Below are positions 1-13,626 of a stretch of DNA of 55,461 nucleotides, in pieces. Source of the stretch: Pseudomonadota bacterium (lineage in GTDB: Bacteria; Pseudomonadota; Gammaproteobacteria; Steroidobacterales; Steroidobacteraceae); NCBI GenBank assembly GCA_041159695.1, contig JBEAXT010000043.1:1-55461 (forward strand), given 5' to 3'. Every line of letters starts with the position of its first letter. Within the stretch, counting starts at the first letter, position 1. The position numbers and the translations under genes were made by a program. The notes beneath the pieces are model-generated. The model was not told where the DNA came from and did not search any database. It was given only the letters and a program-made list of their open reading frames with translations.

Positions 1-371
1 ACGGCCCGATGGGCCGCGTCACCTATCGCGACGTGTACCACCAGAATGAGGTCGAGCAATCCGCCTATAACTTCGAGCATGCCGACACCGCCGCGCTGTT
101 TCGGCATTTCGACGAGCACGAAGCGGCGTGTGTCCGCTTGCTCGAGGCGAAGCTCGCGCTGCCGGCGTATGAGCAAGTGCTCAAAGCCTCTCACACCTTC
201 AATCTGCTCGATGCACGACGTGCCATCTCCGTGACTGAGCGCCAAAGATTCATCCTGAGAGTACGCACACTGGCCCGTGGCGTCGCTCAAGCTTATTACG
301 ACAGCCGCGAAGCACTGGGATTCCCGATGGCGCGCGGCGGCACCATGGCGAAAGACGGGACATCGTCATGA
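1..371 (+). CDS. glyQ: glycine--tRNA ligase alpha subunit, C-terminal part (5' end lies outside the window)
   Basis: The ORF runs off the left edge. Residues ...YNFEHAD...[36 protein letters not shown] match the conserved GlyQ C-terminus. The stop TGA (369-371) overlaps the glyS ATG (368-370). Confidence 0.9.
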   Translation, partial: GPMGRVTYRDVYHQNEVEQSAYNFEHADTAALFRHFDEHEAACVRLLEAKLALPAYEQVLKASHTFNLLDARRAISVTERQRFILRVRTLARGVAQAYYDSREALGFPMARGGTMAKDGTSS

Positions 372-2437
372 ACGTTCGCGATTTTCTTTTCGAGCTCGGT
401 ACCGAAGAGCTTCCGCCGCTCGCCTTGCCGGAGCTCGAGCGCGCACTGACCGATGGGGTTCGCGCAGGTATCGAAGCGGCTGGATTGAGTCACGGCGATA
501 TTCTCTCTTATGCAGCTCCGCGCCGACTTGCCGTGCTCGTGCGAGCGCTGGTGGAGATGCAGCCCGAACAACACATCAAACGTCGCGGCCCACCCATTTC
601 TGCGGCATTCGACAAATCGGGCGCGGCCACGCGTGCGGCGACGGCCTTTGCCGAGAGCTGTGGTGTCACCGTGGCGCAGCTCAGTCGTGTCACTGAGGGC
701 AAAGGCGAGTTCCTGTATTTCGAAGGCAGTAAACCCGGCGCCGCGACAGCAGCATTGCTGCCGGCTATCGTTCAAAGTGCACTCGACGGCCTGCCGATCC
801 CCAAGCGTATGCGCTGGGGCGCCAGCGATGCCGAATTTGTCAGACCCGTACATTGGGTCGTGATGCGCTTTGGCCATGAAACGCTGGCCGTTCGTTTGCT
901 CGACACAACGGCGGGCGCCACGACGCGTGGACATCGATTTCATGCGCCGCAGGAACTCGCCATCGTCGAGCCTGCCGATTACGCTGAGATCCTGCGATCC
1001 AAGGGATTCGTCATCGCGAGCTTCGACGAGCGGCGGGAGCGTATTCGCGCGCAGGTGCTCGCCTGCGCTCAGGCGCTCGGCGGTCGGGCTGTACTCGATG
1101 ATTCGCTGCTCGACGAAGTGACGGCGCTCGTCGAGTGGCCCGTAGCGATCGAAGGTCGATTCGATGAGCGTTTTCTTGCGTTACCGCGAGAAGTGCTGAT
1201 CTCCACTCTTCAAGAACATCAACGCTACTTCGCCGTCGAAAACGCTCGTGGCGAACTGACGAACCAGTTCATTACGGTCAGCAATATCGACAGCCGTGAT
1301 CCGTCGCGCGTACGCGCGGGCAATGAGCGTGTCGTTCGGCCGCGACTCGCGGATGCCGCGTTCTTCCATGAACAAGATCGTCGTCACCCGCTGCGCGCAT
1401 GGCGGCCAGGACTCGATGGCGTCACTTTCCAAGCGAAGCTCGGTTCGATTGGCGACAAGCAACGCCGTGTCGAGGCGCTCGCTCGAACCATCGCGCCGTT
1501 GGTCGGTGCCGACGTCGAGCTCGCGGCGCGCGCGGCCGAACTCGCTAAATGCGACCTGCTCTCCGCCATGGTCGGCGAGTTCCCTGAATTACAGGGTGTG
1601 ATGGGTGCGTATTACGCCGTAGCCGACGGCGAGGACGCACGGGTCGCTGCTGCGATACGCGATCATTACCTGCCGTGCGGCGCAGGTGATGCCTTGCCCA
1701 ACGATCCCGTCGGTGTGGCGGTGGCGCTGGCAGACAAGCTCGATACGCTCGCCGGTATTTTCGGGATCGGTCAAAAACCGAGCGGCACCAAAGATCCGTT
1801 TGCGCTCCGGCGTGCCGCGATCGGCGTGTTCCGTATCGCCCTCGAGGGCAAACTCGATCTCGATCTGGCCGATCTGGTCGGCAAAGCGGTCGCGGCACAA
1901 CCGGTCAAAACCAAAGAGACGACCGGAGAAGTTCTGGCCTATATTCAGGAGCGGATGCGGTCGCATTACCTCGAGGCTGGTTATCCTGCGGAGTCCTTCG
2001 AAGCCGTACTCGCCTCAGACTCGACGCGCGTCGTGGATTTCGACCAGCGCATGCAGGCACTCGCGAAATTCCGTGAACGTCCGGAAGCAGAGAGCCTCGC
2101 GGCCGCAAACAAGCGGATCGCCAACATTCTGCGCAAGTCGACGGCGGGCGAGATACCGGGGGTCATCGATGCTTCGATGCTCCGGATCGACGCCGAGAAA
2201 TCTTTGCATGCCGCCCTCGATGCCGTTTCGGTAACGGTGACGACCGATATTGCCGCGCGGCGCTACGATGACGCGCTGGCGAAGCTCGCCGGGCTGCGCC
2301 CGTCCATCGATGCCTTCTTCAATGACGTCATGGTCAACGATCCTGATCCTGCTTTGCGCTCGAATCGCCTCGCTCTCGTGTCGCGTGTCCGGAGCTTGTT
2401 CGCCGGTGTCGCAGACTTTTCCAAGTTGCCCGGCTGA
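368..2437 (+). CDS. glyS: glycine--tRNA ligase beta subunit
   Basis: 689 aa. The N-terminus [17 protein letters not shown] is typical of GlyS. The length and the position directly after glyQ, with an ATGA overlap, both fit. Confidence 0.95.
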   Translation: MNVRDFLFELGTEELPPLALPELERALTDGVRAGIEAAGLSHGDILSYAAPRRLAVLVRALVEMQPEQHIKRRGPPISAAFDKSGAATRAATAFAESCGVTVAQLSRVTEGKGEFLYFEGSKPGAATAALLPAIVQSALDGLPIPKRMRWGASDAEFVRPVHWVVMRFGHETLAVRLLDTTAGATTRGHRFHAPQELAIVEPADYAEILRSKGFVIASFDERRERIRAQVLACAQALGGRAVLDDSLLDEVTALVEWPVAIEGRFDERFLALPREVLISTLQEHQRYFAVENARGELTNQFITVSNIDSRDPSRVRAGNERVVRPRLADAAFFHEQDRRHPLRAWRPGLDGVTFQAKLGSIGDKQRRVEALARTIAPLVGADVELAARAAELAKCDLLSAMVGEFPELQGVMGAYYAVADGEDARVAAAIRDHYLPCGAGDALPNDPVGVAVALADKLDTLAGIFGIGQKPSGTKDPFALRRAAIGVFRIALEGKLDLDLADLVGKAVAAQPVKTKETTGEVLAYIQERMRSHYLEAGYPAESFEAVLASDSTRVVDFDQRMQALAKFRERPEAESLAAANKRIANILRKSTAGEIPGVIDASMLRIDAEKSLHAALDAVSVTVTTDIAARRYDDALAKLAGLRPSIDAFFNDVMVNDPDPALRSNRLALVSRVRSLFAGVADFSKLPG

Positions 2438-2445
2438 GGCATTCC

Positions 2446-3168
2446 GTGCAGGCGCTGGGCTCCATCGTCTTCACCACTTTCCTGTTTCTCTGGACGATCG
2501 GATACGCGGCATTTTTCGTGCTCGTCGGCGGCTTCATGACTCATCGTCGGCGTTTCGCGCTGATCGAGTGGTATGCAGAGCGAATCTTTGATGTCCTGCG
2601 AGTGACCTGCAAGCTCGACTACCGAGTCGAAGGGCTCGAAAACATTCCCGCCGAACCGCACGTGGCGTACTGGAAACACTCCTCGGCCTGGGAAACCTTC
2701 GGTCAGTTTCTGGTGGGGCCGCCCAAGGTCATCGTGCTCAAACACGAACTCATGTACATCCCATTCGTCGGCTTTGGGCTCTCGCTCTTGCGCTCGATCG
2801 ACGTCAAACGCGGTGCGGGAACATCTGCCGTCAATCAAGTCGTGAGCCAGGGCGGCAGCCGACTCGCTGAGGGCCTCTCCGTTCTCATCTTTCCCGAAGG
2901 GACTCGCGTCGCGGCCGGGGAAACGCGTCGATACGGCGTGAGCGGTGCACTGCTCGCAAGTCGCGCGGGATGCAAAGTGGTACCGGTCGCCCACGATGCC
3001 GGCTACTACTGGCCCCGTCGCGGTCTGTTAAAAAAACCCGGAACCATTCGTGTCATCGTCGGACCGCCGATAGACGCTGCCGGTCGCGAGCCGCGCGAAA
3101 TCAACGAAGAAGCGCAGGCATGGATCGAGTCGACGATCGCACGCATTCGAACGGGAGACTCGCCATGA
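2446..3168 (+). CDS. plsC: 1-acyl-sn-glycerol-3-phosphate (lysophospholipid) acyltransferase family protein
   Basis: 240 aa with a GTG start 8 nt after glyS. It has an N-terminal TM helix, an acyltransferase block I variant (WKHSSAWETF) and block III (FPEGTR). The glyQS-plsC neighbourhood is common in beta- and gammaproteobacteria. Confidence 0.8.
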   Translation: MQALGSIVFTTFLFLWTIGYAAFFVLVGGFMTHRRRFALIEWYAERIFDVLRVTCKLDYRVEGLENIPAEPHVAYWKHSSAWETFGQFLVGPPKVIVLKHELMYIPFVGFGLSLLRSIDVKRGAGTSAVNQVVSQGGSRLAEGLSVLIFPEGTRVAAGETRRYGVSGALLASRAGCKVVPVAHDAGYYWPRRGLLKKPGTIRVIVGPPIDAAGREPREINEEAQAWIESTIARIRTGDSP

Positions 3169-4727
3169 AACGTCGCCAGTTTCTCGTGTCTGCAGCGACC
3201 GCCTCCGTAATGACGAGTTTGGCTTCGTCAATCTCTGGGGCGAGTACGGGGGAGCGATCCCGAGCGAAAGACTTCGATCCTGCGGAGGCGAGCATCGCTC
3301 AGCTTCAACGTTTGTTGAGCACGAACTTGTCCTCGGCGGCTCTGGTGAGCGCGTACCTGGATCGTATTGCCACGCTCGACCAACAAGGCCCTGCTTACCG
3401 CTCGGTCATCGCGGTGAACCCGGACGCCCTCGATATCGCTCGTGCGCTCGACAAGGAACGTCGTACGAATCGCGTGCGTGGTCCTCTGCACGGCATTCCG
3501 GTACTCATCAAAGATAATATCGAGACCTCCGACCGGATGCCGACGACAGCAGGCTCGCTGGCGCTCGCCAACGCATTCCACGCGAAGGACGCCCCGCTGG
3601 TGGCGCGACTCCGCGCGGCAGGCGCGATCATCCTCGGAAAAACCAATCTCAGTGAGTGGGCCAACTTTCGCTCCACGTTTTCGAGCAGTGGATGGAGCGC
3701 CGTCGGCGGACAAACGGGTAACGCCTATGACCCGAAACGTAACCCGTCGGGCTCCAGCTCCGGGTCCGCCACAGCCGCAGCGCTGTCTCTCGCCGCAGCC
3801 ACGATCGGAACCGAAACCGACGGCTCTATTTTGTCGCCGGCATCTGTTAACGGCTTAGTGGGATTCAAACCCTCGATCGGAACGGTCAGTGGGCAAGGTA
3901 TCGTTCCGTTGTCCCCTCGTCAGGATGTCGCCGGACCGATGGCGCGAACGGTGGAGGACGCGCGTCTGCTGGCTGACGTCATCTTCGATTCACCGCAGCG
4001 AACGCCCGTCGGCGGCCTCATGCCAGCGCGTGATTGGCGTGTGGGAATCGTTCCCGCGGCGAGCACGATGCGTGCCGAAGTCGCTGCGCTCTACGCGCAG
4101 GCTATCGACGTTTGGCGACAGTGCTCGACGGCGACGATCGATGCGCCGCTCCCGGCCGCCTTGCGCCAGGCAGGGCAAGCCGAGTACACCGCACTGCTCT
4201 TCGAGTTCAAAAATTCGATCAACGCCTATCTTGCGGCGCTCCCGGCAGGTCTGACCGAAACGCGCTCGCTCGAGAGCTTGATCGAATTCAACCGTCGCCT
4301 CAAAGATCGAGAAATGCCGTTTTTCGGTCAGGAAATTTTTGAACTGGCCCAAGCGAAGGGCGCCCTCGACGATCCGGAATATCTCGACGCCCTGCGACAA
4401 TTACGGCAGCTCGTCGAGGTCGACGGTCTCGAAAAGCTTTTCGCCGAGTTGCGTGTCGATGTCATCGTGGCGCCAGGCTCTGGCCCGAGCGGGCTGATCG
4501 ATCACGTGCTCGGCGACCGCGACGATCTCGGCGGCTCCGTCCTGGGGTCCGCCGCTGCCGTTGCGGGCTATCCGAGTGTGACCTTGCCCATCGGGCTCGT
4601 TCGCGGCATGCCCGTCGGGATGACGGTGATTGCACGACGTTTCGATGATGCTCGTCTGCTCGAGGTCGCTGCGCTTTTCGAACGGACGGGAAAGCTTCGG
4701 ATTCCGCCGACTATTCGGTCGACTTAA
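3165..4727 (+). CDS. amidase-signature (Ser-cisSer-Lys) family amidase with a twin-arginine signal peptide
   Basis: AS-family motifs IPVLIKDNIET (Lys) and GSSSGSATAAA are present. The N-terminus MKRRQFLVSAATASVMTSLASS looks like a Tat signal. The ATG at 3165 overlaps the plsC stop (ATGA). The track ORF start at 2970 lies inside plsC and encodes Arg-rich junk. Confidence 0.8.
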   Translation: MKRRQFLVSAATASVMTSLASSISGASTGERSRAKDFDPAEASIAQLQRLLSTNLSSAALVSAYLDRIATLDQQGPAYRSVIAVNPDALDIARALDKERRTNRVRGPLHGIPVLIKDNIETSDRMPTTAGSLALANAFHAKDAPLVARLRAAGAIILGKTNLSEWANFRSTFSSSGWSAVGGQTGNAYDPKRNPSGSSSGSATAAALSLAAATIGTETDGSILSPASVNGLVGFKPSIGTVSGQGIVPLSPRQDVAGPMARTVEDARLLADVIFDSPQRTPVGGLMPARDWRVGIVPAASTMRAEVAALYAQAIDVWRQCSTATIDAPLPAALRQAGQAEYTALLFEFKNSINAYLAALPAGLTETRSLESLIEFNRRLKDREMPFFGQEIFELAQAKGALDDPEYLDALRQLRQLVEVDGLEKLFAELRVDVIVAPGSGPSGLIDHVLGDRDDLGGSVLGSAAAVAGYPSVTLPIGLVRGMPVGMTVIARRFDDARLLEVAALFERTGKLRIPPTIRST

Positions 4728-4731
4728 CGCT

Positions 4732-5295
4732 CTACTCGTCTCCCGGATATGAGCGTCTTGCACTGCTCGGTTTGTGCTCGGCGATTTCCGCATCGGTAAG
4801 TCCGACCAATTCGTGCGGAAAAACGAGCCACCGATCGGTGGCATGTACGTACCAATCGGGTGTCCGCCGACTGCGATTGCGTGACGGCTTGTAATAGACC
4901 GTCGCGATCTTGACGTCTTTCGGGTAGTTCGAGGGGCAGCGTCGCCGCAACTCATCGAGTACGGCCTCGATGCTGCGACCCGAATCGAACACATCGTCGA
5001 CGAGCAACACTCGATCCTCGCTCGTGACCTTGGAAACCAAGTAGTCCATCGCGTGAACGCGCACGGTCTTCTCGGCTTGATCGATCCCCGTGTAGCTCGA
5101 GGTTCGTACGGTGATGTGGTCCGTGCGCAGTCCCCGATATTCCAGCCATTCCTGCACGGCGATGCCGATGGGTGCGCCACCACGCCAGAGCGCCACCAGG
5201 AACGAGGGACGATAGCCGCTCGCCAGCACTTTCGCCGCCAACTCGAAAGAGTCGGCTAACAAGGAGTCCGCGGAAATGAACACTTTGTCAGACAT
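4732..5295 (-). CDS. phosphoribosyltransferase family protein (purine PRT-like)
   Basis: 187 aa with the PRPP-binding loop VLLVDDVFDSGRS. It is convergent with the amidase across a 4-nt gap. Confidence 0.7.
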   Translation of the reverse strand: MSDKVFISADSLLADSFELAAKVLASGYRPSFLVALWRGGAPIGIAVQEWLEYRGLRTDHITVRTSSYTGIDQAEKTVRVHAMDYLVSKVTSEDRVLLVDDVFDSGRSIEAVLDELRRRCPSNYPKDVKIATVYYKPSRNRSRRTPDWYVHATDRWLVFPHELVGLTDAEIAEHKPSSARRSYPGDE

Positions 5296-5328
5296 GGATC
5301 AAATCGCCTCTACAGTGAGTCTGCCTCG

Positions 5329-5802
5329 ATGAACGGTTATACGGTATTCGTCGCGGATACGCGGCACGCGACCGTATTCGAGTTGAGTCAGCCTGGCGCA
5401 ACACCGCGCGTGCTGGAAACGCTGGAGAATTCGTTCACGGGGCCTCACGACCGCGATCTCGGCGCCGATGCCCCAGGACGCATGGTGCTGCGGTCGGGTC
5501 GTCTGGGCGGCGGCGCAGGCACTCGTCGAACGAGTTTGCAGGCTCGTCGAAGTCACAAGCAGCACGCGGTCGAACAGTTCGCGCGCCAACTGGCCGAACG
5601 CATCACCACCGCCGCTCGCGAGAGTCACGGTCGGGGGTTGGTTTTGGTGGCCTCGCCACGTTTTCTGGCGGAGGTCCGTAGCCATCTGCCGAAATCGACG
5701 CAGCAACACATCGTGCGTGAAGTCCCGCGCGATCTTGTAGGACTCCCATCGCTGGCTCTACAGCACCGACTGTCAGAAGCCTTGCAACCGATGCGTGACT
5801 GA
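5329..5802 (+). CDS. host-attachment-protein family protein (Host_attach-like, function unknown)
   Basis: 157 aa. The overall pattern (N-terminal VFVADTRHATVFEL, later LVLVASPRFLAEVRSHL...VPRDL) resembles the family as I remember it. No search was run. Confidence 0.5.
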   Translation: MNGYTVFVADTRHATVFELSQPGATPRVLETLENSFTGPHDRDLGADAPGRMVLRSGRLGGGAGTRRTSLQARRSHKQHAVEQFARQLAERITTAARESHGRGLVLVASPRFLAEVRSHLPKSTQQHIVREVPRDLVGLPSLALQHRLSEALQPMRD

Positions 5803-5814
5803 GTCGCGCCCGAT

Positions 5815-9615
<3,801 letters not shown>

Positions 9616-10689
9616 TCATACCCGAAATACCCTGCCCTGTTCCACGTGAAACACTGTTTCTGGCTGGCCAAAAAGCGGGGTGTCTCGATCCAATGCGGTC
9701 ACGATCAGCTGGGTATTCAGCGCCTCGACGCGCGTGATAAATCGCCCCAGTCGCTCTCGATCGAGCTCTGCTGAGGGGTCGTCCAAAAGTAGCGTTGGGG
9801 TCAGGTCATGTTCGCGCTTCAAATACTCCAGTTGGCAAAGCGAAAGCGCGACGGCGGCGAGCTTTTGCTGACCTCTCGATAAGACCTCGCGCGCGGCTCG
9901 GCCTTTGACTCGAAGTGCCAAATCCGCTCGGTGTGCACCGGTCATCGTCGACCGGCGCTCACGATCTCGGACGGCCGACGCTGCCAGCAGATCCCCCAGG
10001 GCGTGGGCTCGGTCCCATCCCGGCTGGAAATCGAGCGAAATATCGACGCCGATCAACTCCGCGGAAATATCCGACCAATACGGAGCCAGGGCGGCCGCTA
10101 CACGCTCGCGGGCCGCCGTGATGGCCTCCCCCTCGCGCGCCAGCTCCGGATCCCAGGCGCTGAACTCGCTCCGGCCCGCCCGAAGCGCAGCGTTCCGCTG
10201 TTGGAGCGCTTTTTGGTACCGACCCCAGCTCGGCGCGAATCCGTGTTCCACGTGGAACACCGCCCAATCCAGCCATCGGCGCCTGCGGGCCGAGCCCTCC
10301 TCGATCAGCTTGTGGGCCTCAGGGTCCATCGCCTGAACCGGAAACGCGAGTGCCAGATCAGCAAAACTTCGAAGATCAGCCCCGTCTAGCCGCCCCACCG
10401 TACCGGTTTTTGCCTCCGCTCCGCGCTGAATTTCGATCCCGAGACGTCTTGTCGCCGGCGCCGTCGAAAGCACCCCGATCGAGCGCGCCATGGTCTTGCC
10501 GTGTTGGATTAGGCGCTCGTTGAGGCGGGTTCGGAACGACCGGCCTCGGCCGAGCAGGAAAACCGCCTCCAGGATCGTGGTCTTCCCTGCACCATTGGCG
10601 CCGAACACCAGGTTGGTCCTCGGCCCGAACGCCATTTCGGCTTTTTCGATGCAGCGGAGGTTCTCGAGCGTGAGCTCCGCTAGTGGCAT
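9616..10689 (-). CDS. recF: DNA replication/repair protein RecF
   Basis: 357 aa. It has the Walker A motif GANGAGKTTILEAV and an SMC-like signature region near the C-terminus (LLLDDPSAELD). It lies between dnaN and gyrB. Confidence 0.93.
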   Translation of the reverse strand: MPLAELTLENLRCIEKAEMAFGPRTNLVFGANGAGKTTILEAVFLLGRGRSFRTRLNERLIQHGKTMARSIGVLSTAPATRRLGIEIQRGAEAKTGTVGRLDGADLRSFADLALAFPVQAMDPEAHKLIEEGSARRRRWLDWAVFHVEHGFAPSWGRYQKALQQRNAALRAGRSEFSAWDPELAREGEAITAARERVAAALAPYWSDISAELIGVDISLDFQPGWDRAHALGDLLAASAVRDRERRSTMTGAHRADLALRVKGRAAREVLSRGQQKLAAVALSLCQLEYLKREHDLTPTLLLDDPSAELDRERLGRFITRVEALNTQLIVTALDRDTPLFGQPETVFHVEQGRVFRV

Positions 10690-10697
10690 CCCGTGTC

Positions 10698-11795
10698 TCA
10701 GAGTCTCATCGGCATGACGACATACTTGGTGCCGTCCGGCGAAGCGGCAGTGATCAAGCAGCTGCTATTGGAATCCGTGAGCGCGATATTGACCCGATCG
10801 GTCTCGATCGCCGACAGCGCATCGAGCAGATAGGTCACATTGAAGCCGATTTCGAGCTCTTCTCCCGCGTAAGTCACCTCGATCTGGTCCTCGGCTTCTT
10901 CTTGCTCTGGGTTGTGCGCCTGGAGCGTAAGCAGGTTAGGTTTCGCATTGAGACGAATACCCCGGTATTTTTCGTTCGACAAAATCGCCGTTCTAGTCAG
11001 ACTTTGTTTCAAAAATCCGCGATCTGCGTCGATTATGCGGTGAGCATTAGCCGGGATCACGCGGCTGTATTCCGGGAATCTGCCGTCAATGAGCTTCGAA
11101 GTGAAACGAACGTCGCCGATCTCGCACCGAACGTGATTAGTACCGATCTCCAGAGCGACGTCGCCCTCCGAGCCGAGCATCCGCTGCAGTTCCATCACCC
11201 CTTTTCTGGGCAGGATGACCTGCTGCTTGCCCGTGACACGCTCTTTGAGCGCGGCCTCGCAGAGCGCCAGACGATGGCCGTCGGTCGCAACGGCGCGCAC
11301 TTTCCCGCCTTCGGACTCCAGCAGCATGCCGTTGAGGTAATAACGAACGTCCTGCTGCGCCATGGAGAAATGCACTTTGTCGATCAGCTTTCGGAATTCT
11401 GCTTGTGGCAGCTTGAGCACCTGCTGCGCGTTCACGTCTTCGACGACCGGAAACTCCGCAGCTGGCAACGTCGACAACGTGAAGCGGCTGCGACCCGCTC
11501 GGATCACGAGGCGATCGCCCTCGACGGCGAGCGTCACGCTCGACCCTTCCGCGAGTGATCTCAAAATGTCGAGGAATTTCCGGCCCGGGACCGTGATGTC
11601 GCCCGCCGACTGAACCTTGAGTGCTAACGAGCTCACGAGCTCGACCTCGAGATCGGTACCCGTCACGCTGAGCCGATTGTTCCGAGCGCTCAGTAACACG
11701 TTGGACAGCACCGGCATCGTTTGACGGCGTTCGACCACACCGATCACGTGCTGAACCGGGCCAAGGATCTCTTCGCGAGAGGCTGTGAGTTTCAT
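10698..11795 (-). CDS. dnaN: DNA polymerase III beta sliding clamp
   Basis: 365 aa. The N-terminus MKLTASREEILGPVQHVIGVVERRQTMPVLSNVLL and the C-terminus KYVVMPMRL are typical. It lies immediately downstream of dnaA. Confidence 0.95.
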   Translation of the reverse strand: MKLTASREEILGPVQHVIGVVERRQTMPVLSNVLLSARNNRLSVTGTDLEVELVSSLALKVQSAGDITVPGRKFLDILRSLAEGSSVTLAVEGDRLVIRAGRSRFTLSTLPAAEFPVVEDVNAQQVLKLPQAEFRKLIDKVHFSMAQQDVRYYLNGMLLESEGGKVRAVATDGHRLALCEAALKERVTGKQQVILPRKGVMELQRMLGSEGDVALEIGTNHVRCEIGDVRFTSKLIDGRFPEYSRVIPANAHRIIDADRGFLKQSLTRTAILSNEKYRGIRLNAKPNLLTLQAHNPEQEEAEDQIEVTYAGEELEIGFNVTYLLDALSAIETDRVNIALTDSNSSCLITAASPDGTKYVVMPMRL

Positions 11796-11991
11796 AAATT
11801 CTTTATTTAGATTTAAGAAAGACTGTAGAGGTTATTAGTACGGTGGATAACTGAAAAACCCTTAAAATCTCGGTGTTTTCAGCAACATGCATCATCCTTA
11901 GCGGTGTACTGATTGCAGGATAACCTACTCGTTTCCTGTGAGCCGATTGTGAATGATTTCCGCACCCGAAAACATCCACAGGATACCAACA
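11796..11991. other. AT-rich dnaA-dnaN intergenic spacer: candidate oriC / DNA-unwinding element with DnaA-box-like 9-mers (may instead be only the dnaN promoter)
   Basis: This 196-nt non-coding stretch is the longest in the window. Positions 11796-11840 have about 22% GC (10 of 45 by hand count) in an otherwise high-GC window. DnaA-box-like sites are ggtggataa at 11842-11850 (8/9 to TGTGGATAA), tgtgaatga at 11948-11956 (7/9) and acatccaca at 11972-11980 (7/9 to TTATCCACA). Confidence 0.4.
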
Positions 11992-13338
11992 TCAATTGGT
12001 CAGAGTTCTCAACAGATTTGTGTAGTCCTCGGCGATCCGCTGCTCTCCTTCTCGCAGCGCCTTGATCCTACGACAGGCGTGCAACACTGTCGTGTGATCT
12101 CTTCCGCCAAACGCATCGCCGATCTCGGGAAGGCTGTGGCTCGTGAGTTCTTTCGCGAGCGCCATCGCAATCTGACGCGGTCGAGCAACCGAGCGACTTC
12201 TGCGCTCGGACAACAAATCGGCGACGCGAACTTTGAAATAGTCCGCCACCGTCTTCTGAATGTTTTCAATGGTGATGAGCCGGGCTTGCAGCGTGAGGAG
12301 GTCCCGCAGCGCTTCCTTCGTGAAATCGACCGTGATGGGCTGCCCGGTGAATCGGGAATTCGCGATCACTCGGCGTAAGGCACCCTCGAGCTCGCGAACA
12401 TTCGAGCGAATTCGCTTGGCGATGAACAACGCGACGTCCTGACTCAGCGAGACCCCCGCCGCTTCGCCTTTACTGATCAGTATGGCCGCACAGGTTTCGA
12501 GTTCTGGCGGCTCGATGGCGACCGTAAGCCCCCATCCAAACCGTGATTTCAGGCGCTCCTCGAGACCCTCAACCTCTTTTGGATAGCGATCACAGGTCAG
12601 AATGACTTGCTGCTGGCCTTCAAGCAAAGCATTGAACGTGTGGAAGAACTCTTCCTGCGAGCGTTCCTTGCCTGCAAAAAATTGGATGTCGTCGATCAGC
12701 AGTGCATCAAGAGAACGATAGGCTGCCTTGAAGTCGTTCATCTGGTTGTGCTGCAGCGCTTTGACCATATCGCTGACGAAACGCTCCGAGTGAACGTACG
12801 CCACTCTGGCCTGCGGATTTTTCGCGATGATCGCTTGCCCGACCGCGTGCATGAGATGCGTTTTACCGAGTCCGACTCCACCGTAGATGAACAGCGGGTT
12901 GTACGCTTTCCCGGGGTTTTCAGCCACTTGCTGCGCAGCGGCTTTGGCGAGCTGGTTGCTTTTGCCGACGACGAACGTGTCGAACGTCGAGTCCGGATTG
13001 AGGCGCCCGCCTACGATTTCTACGTTCGGACGTCGCGACGAACGACCCAGTTCGCGCGGCATTCGGGTTTCGATTGTCATCGGGACAGGCTCTGGTTTCT
13101 CGCCGACTTCAACCGTGACGCGAATCGAGCGGTCGCCGAGCTGAGCCTGGGCGAGCTCGGTGATTCGACCCATCAAATTGGCGTTGATCCACTCAACCAC
13201 GAATCGATTCGGTGCCAAAAGCCGCAAATGTCCCTCGGTCTCGATGGCCTGCAGCGGGCGCACCCAGGTGTTGAACTGGGTATCCGGCAGCGCGGCCTCG
13301 AGCGCTTCCGAGCAACGGTTCCAAATCGACGCGTCCAC
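11992..13338 (-). CDS. dnaA: chromosomal replication initiator protein DnaA
   Basis: AAA+ motifs [19 protein letters not shown] and LLIDDIQF are present, plus the C-terminal DNA-binding block ...[11 protein letters not shown]. The conserved N-terminus (V)[29 protein letters not shown] starts at GTG 13338, with agggag about 13 nt upstream. The 105 extra codons in the track ORF (to 13653) overlap rpmH antisense and are not protein-like. Confidence 0.93.
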   Translation of the reverse strand: MDASIWNRCSEALEAALPDTQFNTWVRPLQAIETEGHLRLLAPNRFVVEWINANLMGRITELAQAQLGDRSIRVTVEVGEKPEPVPMTIETRMPRELGRSSRRPNVEIVGGRLNPDSTFDTFVVGKSNQLAKAAAQQVAENPGKAYNPLFIYGGVGLGKTHLMHAVGQAIIAKNPQARVAYVHSERFVSDMVKALQHNQMNDFKAAYRSLDALLIDDIQFFAGKERSQEEFFHTFNALLEGQQQVILTCDRYPKEVEGLEERLKSRFGWGLTVAIEPPELETCAAILISKGEAAGVSLSQDVALFIAKRIRSNVRELEGALRRVIANSRFTGQPITVDFTKEALRDLLTLQARLITIENIQKTVADYFKVRVADLLSERRSRSVARPRQIAMALAKELTSHSLPEIGDAFGGRDHTTVLHACRRIKALREGEQRIAEDYTNLLRTLTN

Positions 13339-13416
13339 GCGAGTGCCGGCCTCCCTGAAAAGCGCGGGGGATGGGTTTAACCAAGGGGATGGGGAGAATA
13401 TACCGGCGAAGAGGCC

Positions 13417-13425
13417 TGTGGATAT
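13417..13425. promoter_or_regulatory. DnaA box in the dnaA/rpmH divergent promoter region
   Basis: tgtggatat has the reverse complement ATATCCACA, an 8/9 match to TTATCCACA. It sits 10 nt upstream of the putative rpmH -35 element. Confidence 0.4.
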
Positions 13426-13434
13426 CTTTTTGGC

Positions 13435-13463
13435 TTGACACCGCCGGACCCCCTGCTTACCCT
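13435..13463 (+). promoter_or_regulatory. putative sigma70 promoter of rpmH-rnpA-yidD-yidC-mnmE
   Basis: TTGACA (13435-13440), a 17-nt spacer, then TACCCT (13458-13463), about 29 nt upstream of the rpmH ATG. This is a pattern match only. Confidence 0.35.
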
Positions 13464-13491
13464 CAGCGGCCTTTTTTCCGGTGACGACACC

Positions 13492-13626
13492 ATGAAACGC
13501 ACCTACCAGCCGAGCAAAGTCCGAAGAGCCCGCACGCACGGGTTCCGGGCGCGCATGGCGACGGCCAACGGGCGCAAAGTGCTTGCCCGCCGTCGCGCCA
13601 AAGGCCGCAAGAAGCTGATCCCCTGA
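13492..13626 (+). CDS. rpmH: 50S ribosomal protein L34
   Basis: 44 aa: [44 protein letters not shown], the near-invariant L34 sequence. The 19-codon upstream extension in the track is discarded. Confidence 0.96.
   Translation: MKRTYQPSKVRRARTHGFRARMATANGRKVLARRRAKGRKKLIP

Noticed and set aside
11915-11923. A further DnaA-box-like site, gcaggataa, in the dnaA-dnaN spacer
   Set aside because: It matches the consensus at only 6 of 9 positions, which is indistinguishable from chance.
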